64,000 bases of DNA from an uncultured Lachnobacterium sp. (lineage in GTDB: Bacteria; Bacillota; Clostridia; Lachnospirales; Lachnospiraceae), in assembly GCA_937889225.1 (NCBI GenBank), contig CALAST010000079.1:30542-94541 (forward strand), written 5' to 3'. The stretch's first letter is position 1. The number at the start of each line of letters is the position of its first letter. This document shows, piece after piece, positions 10,215 to 20,801 of the stretch. Both the position numbers and the translations under genes were made by a program. Below the pieces are notes generated by a model that saw only the letters and a program-made list of their open reading frames with translations, did not search any database and was not told where the DNA came from.

Positions 10215-13031
10215 TTAGTCTGTTACACTATTATTTGCGGAGCTGTTCGCTCCCTCTGCATGTAATGCAAGAATATCTTCCAATGTATTTACCTTAAAAT
10301 AATACGACAGAATATTTTTCGACACAGCCGCAGCATTGGAAGAAGAATAACCATATGCAATACGTGTTGCAATGGAAATCTGTGGATTATCGTATGGTGC
10401 ATATCCTACAAATAAAGCATGGTTTGGTCTTGTAGATACTTGCTGTGCTGTACCCGTTTTTCCGGCTACCGCAATCGTGAAGTTTTTAAAGCTTCCATTC
10501 GATTCACACATAAGTCGCATCCCATAACGAATTGCAGACCATTCATCGCCCGAAAGCGTTCCTGAAATATCTTCATATTCGGAAGCATAGCTTTCTAATA
10601 CATTGCCTTCCGGGTCTACAATTTTGTTCATTAACTGATAATCGTATAATTTTCCGGTAGATACAGCTGTTACATAACGTGATAATGCAGCAGTTGTAAT
10701 ATTATTATTACTCTGTCCAATCGCAGCCATAACCGGATATTCTGTTGCAAGCTCTGAAGTAGCTTCTACAATTTCAAGCCCCGTTTTTTCGTTTAAACCA
10801 TAAATCTCGCCATATTTTCTAAGGTTCTCAATTCCGTTTGCATCATTATAGACACCAGTATTTTTCGTACTTAACATATGACCGACGGTATAGAAATAAA
10901 TATTACACGAATCTTTGATAGCTTCCGACAAAGTCTCTTGCTGATGCGTTCCACCCGGATATATCCAACATTTTGGTCGGTTTGTAACTTCGGTATAAAC
11001 ACCGGTACAATAAATCGGTGTAGAAGTTGAAATGACATTTTCAGCAAGTCCTGCTGTAGAGGTAAGCAACTTAAAGGTAGAACCCGGAGCTGTCTTTTCC
11101 TGTGTAGCATAGTTCCATTGCGGATTTGAATTGTCTTCATTTAACCCTGCATAATATTCCGCATCTACGCCATTTGCAAGTCGGTTGTTATCATAACCCG
11201 GATAACTTACCAAAGCTTTCACTTGTCCTGTATTCACATCTGTAATCACACAAGAACCTGTACATGGGTCAAGTGCAAGCTGTGCAGGCGTAATTTCGAT
11301 TTGATTAATTTTTTCCAAAAGGAAATTATATGGTCGAATGTTTCCGTTATAAATTCGATTATACGTATCATCATCATAATCCAGTACGCCTTGTTCAAAC
11401 AAAAGCAAGCAAAGCTGTCTTCCAGTAATCTGATTCTTCTCTACCATATATTTGTATACATATTTGGAAAATTCTTTGTCAGTTGCAGCTTCTGTCTCAA
11501 TATAGCTGCACAAAGCATCAAAAATTTCAGAAGTATCTGCATATTTATCACTTACATCTAATAAACTAATATCAATCCATTGTTTTGTGATGCAATAGGA
11601 CAAATATTCTTTTGGACTGATTTGACCATCACGCCATTTTTTGTAAATGCTGTCGGAAGAATCAATTTCCGATGACTGAAGAACTTTATCATTTTTTAAA
11701 AGTGTAATTACATAAGTAAAGTAATCCAACATTTCTTCTGTCATTGCATTATTGACAAGTGGATTTGACGCATACAACTGATTTTTTACGGAAGCAATCG
11801 CATTACTCTGACAGGTTAAAAATGTCTGATATACTTCCTGTTCTGTAGTTGTAGCATCTTCATCATCAAATTGCATGATGTCAATGACATTATTATCAAG
11901 TAACGCAAAATATACTTCATTTACTCCAATATTGCCATTTCGTATGTTGGAATAGACAACACCTGCAATCTCTTGTTCTAATAAAAGATAGGTCGCCTTT
12001 TGCAAATCAGCATCAATGCTCAAATACAAATCATTTCCGGCTTCCTGTTCTTTGCTGCTAATAACCTTTTTGATTCGTCCAAACGTATCAATATAAACAA
12101 CCTGCTCGCCATTATGACCTCTTAAGTACGATTCATAATATTGCTCCAATCCCGCTTTTCCAATCGTATCATTTTTCGTGTAAGAATCATCTTCGGCAAA
12201 TAACGTTTCATATTCAGAATCCGAAATTTTGCCGGTATATCCAATCATAGATGCAAAATACACGCTATCATTGTATTTTCGAATCGTATCTTCCTTAATC
12301 TCAATACCGATTAATCGGTCAGAATGTTCATTAATGTACGCAACTGTCTTATCCGACACATCCTGTGCAATCGTAGTTGTCTGGTATCTCGAATAATATG
12401 TGGAACGCATTGCATAACGAATAATGGTAATGCCATAAGCTGTTTCCCTCGAATAAGAATCATCAATCTCAAAACAATTCTCATCCTTTGCAAGAAAGAG
12501 CATTACCTGTTCCGCAGTTGCATTTGCTTCATCAAAACCAAAGTCTTTATTGTATTCTAAGTCGTCATAAGAAGATTTTCCAAAAACATCGGCTAAAAAA
12601 CGCTTTAACTTACTGCCTGTAACATTGAAGCTGTAACTTCCATCTTCATTTAAGTCAATTTTAAAGTCGTTGTACAATTTTTCGCCATTTTTTGCAAGCA
12701 CTTCTACAATTTCTGCCAACTGTGCATTTAGTATCTCGTTTCTATCACCGTTTTCATAAGTACCGTTGTCTGAAATGGTTACGGAATAAGCCAACTCATT
12801 GTAAGCGAGCAATTTTCCATTGCAGTCATAAATATTGCCTCTTGTAGCATTTATAGACAACTTCTTTTCGATTTTCATCTCAAAGTTATTCTGATATGTT
12901 TTTCCGTTTACAACCTGTAACGTAAATACACGAAACAGTATCGTAACAAACATAAGCAACATAACTGTCGAGAGTACAAATAATCGGGACTTAAAAAAAC
13001 GCGAAAGAAAATCTTTTAAATCATAAATCAA
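10215..13031 (-). CDS. Class B penicillin-binding protein (PBP2-like)
   Basis: ATRGNIYD dimerisation domain; PGSTFK, SCN and KTG motifs; follows mreD. Confidence 0.9.
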   Translation of the reverse strand: MIYDLKDFLSRFFKSRLFVLSTVMLLMFVTILFRVFTLQVVNGKTYQNNFEMKIEKKLSINATRGNIYDCNGKLLAYNELAYSVTISDNGTYENGDRNEILNAQLAEIVEVLAKNGEKLYNDFKIDLNEDGSYSFNVTGSKLKRFLADVFGKSSYDDLEYNKDFGFDEANATAEQVMLFLAKDENCFEIDDSYSRETAYGITIIRYAMRSTYYSRYQTTTIAQDVSDKTVAYINEHSDRLIGIEIKEDTIRKYNDSVYFASMIGYTGKISDSEYETLFAEDDSYTKNDTIGKAGLEQYYESYLRGHNGEQVVYIDTFGRIKKVISSKEQEAGNDLYLSIDADLQKATYLLLEQEIAGVVYSNIRNGNIGVNEVYFALLDNNVIDIMQFDDEDATTTEQEVYQTFLTCQSNAIASVKNQLYASNPLVNNAMTEEMLDYFTYVITLLKNDKVLQSSEIDSSDSIYKKWRDGQISPKEYLSYCITKQWIDISLLDVSDKYADTSEIFDALCSYIETEAATDKEFSKYVYKYMVEKNQITGRQLCLLLFEQGVLDYDDDTYNRIYNGNIRPYNFLLEKINQIEITPAQLALDPCTGSCVITDVNTGQVKALVSYPGYDNNRLANGVDAEYYAGLNEDNSNPQWNYATQEKTAPGSTFKLLTSTAGLAENVISTSTPIYCTGVYTEVTNRPKCWIYPGGTHQQETLSEAIKDSCNIYFYTVGHMLSTKNTGVYNDANGIENLRKYGEIYGLNEKTGLEIVEATSELATEYPVMAAIGQSNNNITTAALSRYVTAVSTGKLYDYQLMNKIVDPEGNVLESYASEYEDISGTLSGDEWSAIRYGMRLMCESNGSFKNFTIAVAGKTGTAQQVSTRPNHALFVGYAPYDNPQISIATRIAYGYSSSNAAAVSKNILSYYFKVNTLEDILALHAEGANSSANNSVTD

Positions 13032-13542
13032 ATTTTACCGCACTCCTTTTCTCATATGCTTCTAACTTTTGATTTACTTTTAGTAAAATAAAGTATAAGA
13101 AGATTGTAATTACCATAGTGTATACTAATTCAGGAATAATGACTGCCTTTAAATAATAAAGAAATTGATATCTGCTTCGGGTAAGAAACATAAATATATA
13201 GATAACAAAATTTAAAGCAAGGTCACTTCCCGTAATTAAAAGCATTGGTAATTTGATATCTTCCGGATAGAAACGTTTTTTGAACAGACCGTTTACATAT
13301 CCGATATACATATATATTAAAGCATATACACCATAATAAAATCCGCAAAATATGTCTATAAGAAGACCGCAAAATAACCCAAGATACATCCCCTCTTTTT
13401 TTCCTCGCATGAAGCCAAAAGAGGACACAATCACAATTAAGAGGTTTGGTGCAATCCCTGCAAATGATGCAAATTGGAAAAATGTAGTTTGCAATACAAA
13501 GCAGACTGCAACCAATATAAATAAAACTATTTTTCTCAGCAT
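13021..13542 (-). CDS. mreD: Rod shape-determining protein MreD
   Basis: Hydrophobic; PNLLIV and GLLID motifs; follows mreC. Start moved to MLRKIV. Confidence 0.88.
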   Translation of the reverse strand: MLRKIVLFILVAVCFVLQTTFFQFASFAGIAPNLLIVIVSSFGFMRGKKEGMYLGLFCGLLIDIFCGFYYGVYALIYMYIGYVNGLFKKRFYPEDIKLPMLLITGSDLALNFVIYIFMFLTRSRYQFLYYLKAVIIPELVYTMVITIFLYFILLKVNQKLEAYEKRSAVKFDL

Positions 13543-13543
13543 G

Positions 13544-14500
13544 TCAATCTCCTGATGTTTCCGTGTTTGGCGTTGTTTGTGTGCCTTCTGTGGTTGTTGC
13601 GTTTTCTGTACCGGCATTTTCCGGAGTCGTAGTTTCACCACCCATTTCTTTGATACGGGTAATTACAAAAACATCCTCCAAGTGTGCGAAATCCACTACC
13701 GGAGTAATCGTTCCGCTTTTTGTCAGATTATTGGAACTATTTTCTATGGTAGAAATATAACCAATTAAAATTCCCTGCTGATACTGGTCAGATACATAAG
13801 AAGTAATTACTTCATCTCCAACATTTACCTGATTATCCTCATCACGAAGCTCCGAAAAGGTAATCGTCATATCCGTATTCATACTTTGCAGATTGCCGCT
13901 TACATTAAAATTGTCGCCTGTATTGGCAACCGTAGCACTTACATTACTCATATCATTGATAATGCTGCGTACCGTTGCATAATTTGGTCCGGCATCTGTG
14001 ACAATGCCGACCAAACCGCTTCCGGCAATCACGTTCATGCCTTTTTCCACACCATGTTTTGTGCCGCGATTAATCGTAAATGTATCAAACCAGTTTCCGC
14101 TGTCCTTTGCAATTACACTGGCAGCCACTTTTTCATAATCAGGATATTTGGCATCTAAATTATACAATTCACGCAGATTTTCCAATTCATATTGTTCCAA
14201 TTTTGTTGTGATATTAAGGTTTGTAAGGTCTGCTACCTGTTTTTTTAATGCTTCATTTTCAGCTAACACATCGCTTAGTGTACGAAAGTCATTTGCCGTA
14301 TCGAAAATCCATTCGCCTGTCGTATTGATGCCTTCCTGCATTGGGATGAAAACGTAGCCTGCAATGCTTTTTAATGGTCCGCCATTTAAATTAAAAATCA
14401 GACCAAGAAGAATGCCTGCAATACATATTCCTGTTAAAATCATCAGAGTAACTTTTGTTTGTAATTGTTTTTTCTTAATATTACGATATTTCTTTTTCAT
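13544..14500 (-). CDS. mreC: Rod shape-determining protein MreC
   Basis: TM plus coiled coil, INRGTKHGV, GLVGIV, PVVDFAHLEDVFV; T/E-rich tail. Confidence 0.92.
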   Translation of the reverse strand: MKKKYRNIKKKQLQTKVTLMILTGICIAGILLGLIFNLNGGPLKSIAGYVFIPMQEGINTTGEWIFDTANDFRTLSDVLAENEALKKQVADLTNLNITTKLEQYELENLRELYNLDAKYPDYEKVAASVIAKDSGNWFDTFTINRGTKHGVEKGMNVIAGSGLVGIVTDAGPNYATVRSIINDMSNVSATVANTGDNFNVSGNLQSMNTDMTITFSELRDEDNQVNVGDEVITSYVSDQYQQGILIGYISTIENSSNNLTKSGTITPVVDFAHLEDVFVITRIKEMGGETTTPENAGTENATTTEGTQTTPNTETSGD

Positions 14501-14509
14501 AACCCCTCA

Positions 14510-15514
14510 TTACTTTTTCATAGTAAATGGCAATCTTTTAAATTTGGAATCAGAAACAATCTTAACCAGACCACGTACTGCACTTTCATCAGGAGCATCT
14601 GTTGTGTTTACCCGAATGCCCGTAATAGATTCAAATAACTGGTCTAAATTATGAATCATAGAACCGCCACCTGTGATATAAATTCCGGAATGGATAATGT
14701 CTTTTGCAAGTTCCGGTGGAGTTTTTTCTAATATCATTTTAATGGAAGTACAGATAGATTCTAAATTGCTTTTCATAGCTTCATAGATAATCGCTGCACT
14801 AATTTCTACTTCAATTGGAAGCCCGCTTACAACATCTCTTCCTACGATAACCATTGTTTCAGTTCTTCCAGGAAGACCAGAACCTAAGGTTTCTTTTAAT
14901 GCTTTTGCTGTTTTTTGACCGATAATCAAATTATATTCTTTACGAATAAAACTAATGATAGATTCGTCTAATCGGTTTCCACCAAAATGCAACAAATCAC
15001 TTAAAACAAGTCCGCCTAACGATAAAATAGAAATTTCTGTTGTATCTGCTCCCATATTGACAATCATAATACCTGTTGGCTGATTTACATCTAAACCAAG
15101 CCCTACGGCATCTGCGATTGGTTTTTCACATAAAAGAATGCTCTTTGGACGCACTTTGCTCTTGTAAAAAATTTCATAAAAGGCACGTTTTTCTACATCT
15201 GTAATGTCAGTTGGAACAGCAACGACAAATTCAGACCCACGAAGTTTGGTTTTCATTTTTTCTTCTAAAAATGTGATAATCATGTTCTGTAAGTAATTAT
15301 AGTCTGCAATCACACCACTTACTACCGGGAATACAACATGAATCGATTCCGGTGCTTTTTCATACATAGCATACGCTTCATCACCATAAGCATAAATCTG
15401 ATTTTTATTGATGATTGCTACTGCATTGCTTTCTTTTAAAATTTTACCTGTGGATTTACAAAAAATCTTAAAACTGCTTGTTCCAAGGTCAACGCCATAG
15501 ATATTGTTGTTCAT
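14510..15514 (-). CDS. mreB: Rod shape-determining actin-like protein MreB
   Basis: GVDLGT, GVIAD, LEKTPPELAKDI, ITGGGS. Confidence 0.9.
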   Translation of the reverse strand: MNNNIYGVDLGTSSFKIFCKSTGKILKESNAVAIINKNQIYAYGDEAYAMYEKAPESIHVVFPVVSGVIADYNYLQNMIITFLEEKMKTKLRGSEFVVAVPTDITDVEKRAFYEIFYKSKVRPKSILLCEKPIADAVGLGLDVNQPTGIMIVNMGADTTEISILSLGGLVLSDLLHFGGNRLDESIISFIRKEYNLIIGQKTAKALKETLGSGLPGRTETMVIVGRDVVSGLPIEVEISAAIIYEAMKSNLESICTSIKMILEKTPPELAKDIIHSGIYITGGGSMIHNLDQLFESITGIRVNTTDAPDESAVRGLVKIVSDSKFKRLPFTMKK

Positions 15515-15532
15515 TTCCGTTCTCCTCTTTTC

Positions 15533-16228
15533 TTATGTTTCTAATTGATGATGTTCTTTGAAACTGTAATATCTCTTATCTCCGATAATGATGTGGTCTG
15601 CCATCTCAATATTCATCATAGTTGCATTATAGGCAATCCGCTTTGTAATCCGCAAATCATCTTCACTTGGCGTAGGGTCGCCGCTTGGATGATTATGCAG
15701 CAGAATAAATAAAACGGCATTATGCATCAATGCTTTTCGGAAAATATCTCTGGGAGAAACGTAAGCGAAATTCACACTTCCCATAGATATGATTTCATCA
15801 GCGATAAAATTACATTTTCCATCGAAAAATGCACAAACTAAAATTTCTTCGCTGCGATGACGCATCTGTTCCATATAGTATTCTGCGATTGTGGACGGCA
15901 TATTCATATTGAGACTGTAACCACTATGGGTTTTGGCGATACGTTTTGACAGTTCTGCGACTGCTTTTAATTGAATCGCCTTTACTTTGCCAATGCCGGA
16001 TATCTCTGTGAGTTCTTGAAAGGAACATGCATAAAGATTTAGCAGATTATTGTGATACCCTTGCAATAGCTTTCGGGCAATATCCAGCGACGTTTCTTTT
16101 TGCGTTCCTGATTTTAAAATAATGGCTAAAAGCTCTGCATCGGATAGGCTTTGCTCTCCATATTTTAAAAATTTTTCATAAGGCCGTTCGGATTCCGGCA
16201 GGTTTTTCATAATAGTATGTTCTGACAT
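15533..16228 (-). CDS. radC: RadC / JAB domain protein
   Basis: ERPYEK, LSDAELLAI, HNHPSGDPTPS, DHIIIG. Confidence 0.93.
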   Translation of the reverse strand: MSEHTIMKNLPESERPYEKFLKYGEQSLSDAELLAIILKSGTQKETSLDIARKLLQGYHNNLLNLYACSFQELTEISGIGKVKAIQLKAVAELSKRIAKTHSGYSLNMNMPSTIAEYYMEQMRHRSEEILVCAFFDGKCNFIADEIISMGSVNFAYVSPRDIFRKALMHNAVLFILLHNHPSGDPTPSEDDLRITKRIAYNATMMNIEMADHIIIGDKRYYSFKEHHQLET

Positions 16229-16273
16229 AGTGTCCTTTCTGCTCTCCCAAGACACTATTTAATGATAACACAT

Positions 16274-17563
16274 CTAGTCAAGCTTAACAAGTTCACGCTC
16301 ATAAAGTTTTTGTAAACTCATTAAAATTCCAAATTTTGCATGGTACCAAGTAAGTCCCCCTTGGAAATATACAGCATATGGTTCTTTTATTGGTCCGTCT
16401 GCGGAAAGTTCAATAGAAGAACCCTGTACAAATGCACCTGCTGCCATAATGACATCGCTGTCATATCCCGGCATTGCCCATGGTTCCGGTGTCACATAGC
16501 TGTCTACCGGTGCTGCTGCCTGAATACCTTCACAGAATGCACACATTGCCTCTTTGTTGCCAAATTCGACAGCCTGAATAATATCGTGGCGGCTCTCATT
16601 TCCGGTTGGCACAACTTTAAAACCAAGCTTTTCATAAATCTTCGCTGCAAAGATAGCTCCCTTTAATGCACCTGCCGTAACCGTTGGTGCAAGGAAAAAT
16701 CCTTGATAAAAGGACTGAATCACGCCAAGCGACGCTCCCACTTCTTTTCCAAGTCCCGGAGATGTCAAGCGATATGCGGCATTTTCCACACACTCTTTTT
16801 TTCCGGCAATATAACCGCCGATTGGGGCAAGTCCGCCACCCGGATTTTTAATGAGTGAGCCAACTATCATATCAGCTCCAACCTCTAACGGTTCTTTTTC
16901 TTCTACAAATTCACCATAGCAGTTATCTACCATGCAGATAATATCCGGCTTAATGTTTTTGATAAAGGAAATAAGTTCCCCAATGCGGTCTACGGAAAGT
17001 GTTGGTCTTGTCGCATACCCTTTCGAACGCTGAATGGTCACAAGGCGAGTACGTTCATTAATGGCATTTTTAATTCCTTCCCAGTCAAAACCGCCATCTT
17101 CCAAAAGGTCTACTTGTGCATAGGTAATGCCATACTCGTCAAGAGAGCCTTTCGATGGTCGAATCCCAATGACTTCTTCTAACGTGTCATATGGTTTTCC
17201 GACAGGGGATAACAATTCATCTCCCGGACGTAAATTCGACATTAACGCAAGGGCTAATGCATGTGTTCCGCAAGTAATCTGCGGACGTACCAAAGCATCT
17301 TCTCCCTTAAAACAATCTGCGTAAACACGTTCCAAAGTATCACGACCTAAATCATTGTATCCGTAACCGGAAGATTGATTAAAACATTCCGCACTTACGC
17401 GATTTTTTTGTAATGCATGAAGTACCTTTAATTGATTCATTTCTGCTGTTGCATCAATTGCTTCAAAACGTTCCTTTAATTCATTTTCTATTTGAGAGCC
17501 AAATGCGATAACTTCATCACATAGTCCAAGCTCTTTATACTGTTGTAATAAATATGGATTCAT
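16274..17563 (-). CDS. Methionine gamma-lyase family / aluminium resistance protein (YnbB-like)
   Basis: GYGYNDLGRD, QRSKGY, DNCYGEF, GSLIKNPGGG. Confidence 0.9.
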   Translation of the reverse strand: MNPYLLQQYKELGLCDEVIAFGSQIENELKERFEAIDATAEMNQLKVLHALQKNRVSAECFNQSSGYGYNDLGRDTLERVYADCFKGEDALVRPQITCGTHALALALMSNLRPGDELLSPVGKPYDTLEEVIGIRPSKGSLDEYGITYAQVDLLEDGGFDWEGIKNAINERTRLVTIQRSKGYATRPTLSVDRIGELISFIKNIKPDIICMVDNCYGEFVEEKEPLEVGADMIVGSLIKNPGGGLAPIGGYIAGKKECVENAAYRLTSPGLGKEVGASLGVIQSFYQGFFLAPTVTAGALKGAIFAAKIYEKLGFKVVPTGNESRHDIIQAVEFGNKEAMCAFCEGIQAAAPVDSYVTPEPWAMPGYDSDVIMAAGAFVQGSSIELSADGPIKEPYAVYFQGGLTWYHAKFGILMSLQKLYERELVKLD

Positions 17564-17599
17564 AGTGGTTCTTCTTTCTAAGTTGTTTATTTTGTAAAT

Positions 17600-17779
17600 T
17601 TATACTTCCAAATGTCTTTCTGCTACCACAATCATAATACTATCTTGAGCTACTTCTGTTACATCTTGAAATTGATTTTTTTCCAAAAATGTTTCGACTG
17701 TGGATTTTCTCTTTCGTAACCAAGTCGTACTTTTTCAAAGCCGACAGATTTTAAATATTCAAAAAGAACAGAAACTATT
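17600..17779 (-). pseudogene. GNAT acetyltransferase C-terminal remnant with frameshift
   Basis: Reads IVSVLFEYLKSVGFEKVRLGYERENPQSKHFWKK, then shifts frame in an A7 run to NQFQDVTEVAQDSIMIVVAERHLEV*. No start codon or N-terminal half. Confidence 0.55.
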
Positions 17780-17786
17780 CATCGTC

Positions 17787-18737
17787 TCATTTATAAATTT
17801 CTCTTTCTTTCAATATTTTCTTCATCTCCAAGAGAATTTTTTCATCATCATAGTCATATTCCGATTTGTCAATCCATACAACATCCCGTTCTCTTCGAAA
17901 CCAAGTAAGCTGTCGTTTGGCAAAGTGTCTGGTTTCTCGTTTTAAAATATAAATGGCTTCTTCCAAAGAATATTTGCCATCCAAATAATTTAAAATTTCC
18001 TTATAACCAAGCCCTTGCATCGATACCATACCTTGATGATAGCCCATTTCTTTTAATTTCTTTACTTCCTCCAAAAGTCCGTTTTGCACCATAAGGTCAA
18101 CACGTTTATCAATACGCTCGTACAAAAGCTCACGTTTATCTGTTAGGACAAAATAGGCATGATTATATGGAGATTCTTTCCTATGTTCTTCTTCATTATG
18201 CAAGGAAATCGGTTTACCTGTCAATTTATAAAATTCCAATGCACGAATCACACGTTTCACATTGTTTGCATGGATAATTTCCGCAGAAATCGGGTCAACT
18301 TCCTTTAATTTTTCATGCAAAGCCTCGTTTCCATGCTCATTTGCAAAGACTTCAAGCTCTTTGCGATAGGCTTCATCACAATCTTGGTTATCAAAATTGA
18401 TATCGTATAACAAGGCCTGAATATAAAAGCCTGTTCCACCTACAATCACAGGGATTTTTCCCTGTGCGTAAATTTCTTCCATGGCTTCTTTTGCCATTTG
18501 CTGAAAACGAACAATGTTAAATTCTTCTTCCGGCATAAGCTCATCTACAAGATAATGCGTTACACCGTCCATTTCTTCTTTTGTTATTTTTGCCGAGCCG
18601 ATATCCATATATTTATAAACCTGCATGGAATCCGCTGAAATAATCGAACCATTAACCATTTTCGCAAGGGCGATGGAAAGTGCGGTTTTTCCGACTGCAG
18701 TAGGACCGGATAAAATAATAATAGGTCTTTTTGTCAT
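17787..18737 (-). CDS. miaA: tRNA dimethylallyltransferase
   Basis: GPTAVGKT, SADSMQVY, GGTGFY, AKRQLTWFR. Confidence 0.96.
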   Translation of the reverse strand: MTKRPIIILSGPTAVGKTALSIALAKMVNGSIISADSMQVYKYMDIGSAKITKEEMDGVTHYLVDELMPEEEFNIVRFQQMAKEAMEEIYAQGKIPVIVGGTGFYIQALLYDINFDNQDCDEAYRKELEVFANEHGNEALHEKLKEVDPISAEIIHANNVKRVIRALEFYKLTGKPISLHNEEEHRKESPYNHAYFVLTDKRELLYERIDKRVDLMVQNGLLEEVKKLKEMGYHQGMVSMQGLGYKEILNYLDGKYSLEEAIYILKRETRHFAKRQLTWFRRERDVVWIDKSEYDYDDEKILLEMKKILKEREIYK

Positions 18738-20794
18738 TAGACTATCCTCTTAAATTTCTTTTCTATTTCATATTTGCTCATGGAAATAATCGTCGGTCTT
18801 CCATGAGGGCAGTTGTATGGGTTCTCCAAAGACAGTAATTCCTCTGCTAAAGCATCAAATTCTTGAAAGTTAAGCGTTTGATTTCCTTTTACGGCAGCTT
18901 TACAGGACATAGAAGCTACCTTTTCCAGAATTAATTCCGGTGTGGCTTTTCCGGAAATATTAGAAAAATCATCCAACATTTCAATAAATAAATCCTTCAT
19001 ATCCACATGATATAAATTAGCCGGAACAGCACTTATCATATATTCCTTTCCGCCAAATGACTCGACTTCATATCCCATTTTTTCTAATTGAGGGCGGTAT
19101 TTTTCAAGCATCAGAATTTCGTTTGCATCCAAACTAAACACGATAGGCGGACTGATAATCTGGGAAGTGTATTCTTTTTCCTTTAAAGTTGCCATGGTGC
19201 GTTCATACAATACTTTTTCGTGAGCCGCATGCTGGTCAATGATGAACAGCTTGTCCTCATATTCCACCAGCCAGTAAGTCTTAAAAAGCTGTCCGATAAC
19301 ATGGTGTTTTTTACGAGCATCTTTGGTAAGGAAGTTGGGGCTGAATTGGTCAAGCGTAAGTTCCTCGTAAATGCTAGGTTCGTGTACTTGCTTATTTACA
19401 GATGAATTTGCATCATGTTCATATGAATTTTCATTATTTGTCACATTTTCTAATTTCTCACTATATACATCCCTATCTTGATGTAAACTCACATGATGGG
19501 ATGCATATTCGTGATTCTGTGCAACTCTATCATTGAACTCCTGTTGTGCAGCAGTTTTCTTATATTCATTTTGACTTCCAACGTATACGCTCTTTCTATC
19601 GAAAACCTGACTGGAACCGCTTGGAAACCTATCTGAATATCTGTCAGGATATTTCCTTTCATAAGGACTATCCTTAGAAACTGCATTTCGTATATCGTTA
19701 AGCCTGCGTTTCTCAAATGGTTCAGGAATGGATTCTTTATATTCAGGAACGGGTTTTGCATGTTTCTTTTCTTCCGTTACCGGTACTTCCGGTATCATCT
19801 CTTTTTGCAATAATACATCCCGAAGTCCTTCCCATAGTTTTTTATAAACCTCAATATTGTTATCAAAGCGAAGTTCCATTTTCGTCGGATGTACATTTAC
19901 ATCCAATGTTTCTCCTTTAAATGTAAAATAAAGAACGCAAAATGGATATTGGTGCTGCATCAGAAAGCTTTTATAGGCTTCTTCTATTGCTTTCGACAAT
20001 AGAGAGCTTTTTATATATCGTCCATTGATAAAATAAATCTCAAAATTGCGGTTTCCCCGATTAATCGTAGGTTTTCCGATATAGCCGGTTACGGAAAACA
20101 ATTCGTTTTGCAATTCAACAGAAAGGACGGAAGAAGCAAATTCCCGACCAAACACATGATAAATCAAGTCTTTGATATTTCCATTTCCTGATGTGTGCAG
20201 TTTGGTTTGATTGTTCTGAATAAACTTAAAGGAGATATTCGGGTGCGAAAGAGCCAGTTTCTCTACCATATCCGCAATATACGAACCTTCTGTTTGTGCG
20301 GTTTTTAAAAATTTTCTGCGGGCAGGTGTATTAAAAAATAAGTCTTTTACTAAAAATGTTGTTCCCTCAGGTGCACCAACCTCTTCTACTGCAATTTCCT
20401 TAGAGCCTTCAATCTGATAACGTATGCCTGTTAAGGCATTTGGCGTTTTTGTAATAAGCTCCACTCTTGACACCGCGGCAATGCTTGATAATGCCTCCCC
20501 ACGAAATCCCAAAGAAGACACGCAAAGTAAATCTTCTACGTTTCGGATTTTGCTGGTAGAATGACGTAAAAAAGCAAGAGGAACTTCTTTTGCATCAATA
20601 CCGTACCCATTGTCGGAAATACGAATAAAAGAAATGCCGCCTTCTTTGATTTCTACGGTAATCGCAGTTGCATTTGCATCAATGGCATTTTCCACAAGTT
20701 CTTTCACAACAGAAGCAGGTCGTTCAATGACCTCCCCTGCTGCAATTTTGTCAATGGTATCTTGACTAAGTAAAGCTATTTTTGACATAAACAT
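18737..20794 (-). CDS. mutL: DNA mismatch repair endonuclease MutL
   Basis: IAAGEVIERPASVVKELVEN, GFRGEAL, DQHAAHE, CPHGRP. Confidence 0.97.
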   Translation of the reverse strand: MFMSKIALLSQDTIDKIAAGEVIERPASVVKELVENAIDANATAITVEIKEGGISFIRISDNGYGIDAKEVPLAFLRHSTSKIRNVEDLLCVSSLGFRGEALSSIAAVSRVELITKTPNALTGIRYQIEGSKEIAVEEVGAPEGTTFLVKDLFFNTPARRKFLKTAQTEGSYIADMVEKLALSHPNISFKFIQNNQTKLHTSGNGNIKDLIYHVFGREFASSVLSVELQNELFSVTGYIGKPTINRGNRNFEIYFINGRYIKSSLLSKAIEEAYKSFLMQHQYPFCVLYFTFKGETLDVNVHPTKMELRFDNNIEVYKKLWEGLRDVLLQKEMIPEVPVTEEKKHAKPVPEYKESIPEPFEKRRLNDIRNAVSKDSPYERKYPDRYSDRFPSGSSQVFDRKSVYVGSQNEYKKTAAQQEFNDRVAQNHEYASHHVSLHQDRDVYSEKLENVTNNENSYEHDANSSVNKQVHEPSIYEELTLDQFSPNFLTKDARKKHHVIGQLFKTYWLVEYEDKLFIIDQHAAHEKVLYERTMATLKEKEYTSQIISPPIVFSLDANEILMLEKYRPQLEKMGYEVESFGGKEYMISAVPANLYHVDMKDLFIEMLDDFSNISGKATPELILEKVASMSCKAAVKGNQTLNFQEFDALAEELLSLENPYNCPHGRPTIISMSKYEIEKKFKRIV

Positions 20795-20801
20795 TCCTTT
20801 T

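Noticed and set aside
15533..16228. radC as a mobile-element marker
   Set aside because: It is the full-length chromosomal type in its usual position upstream of mreB.
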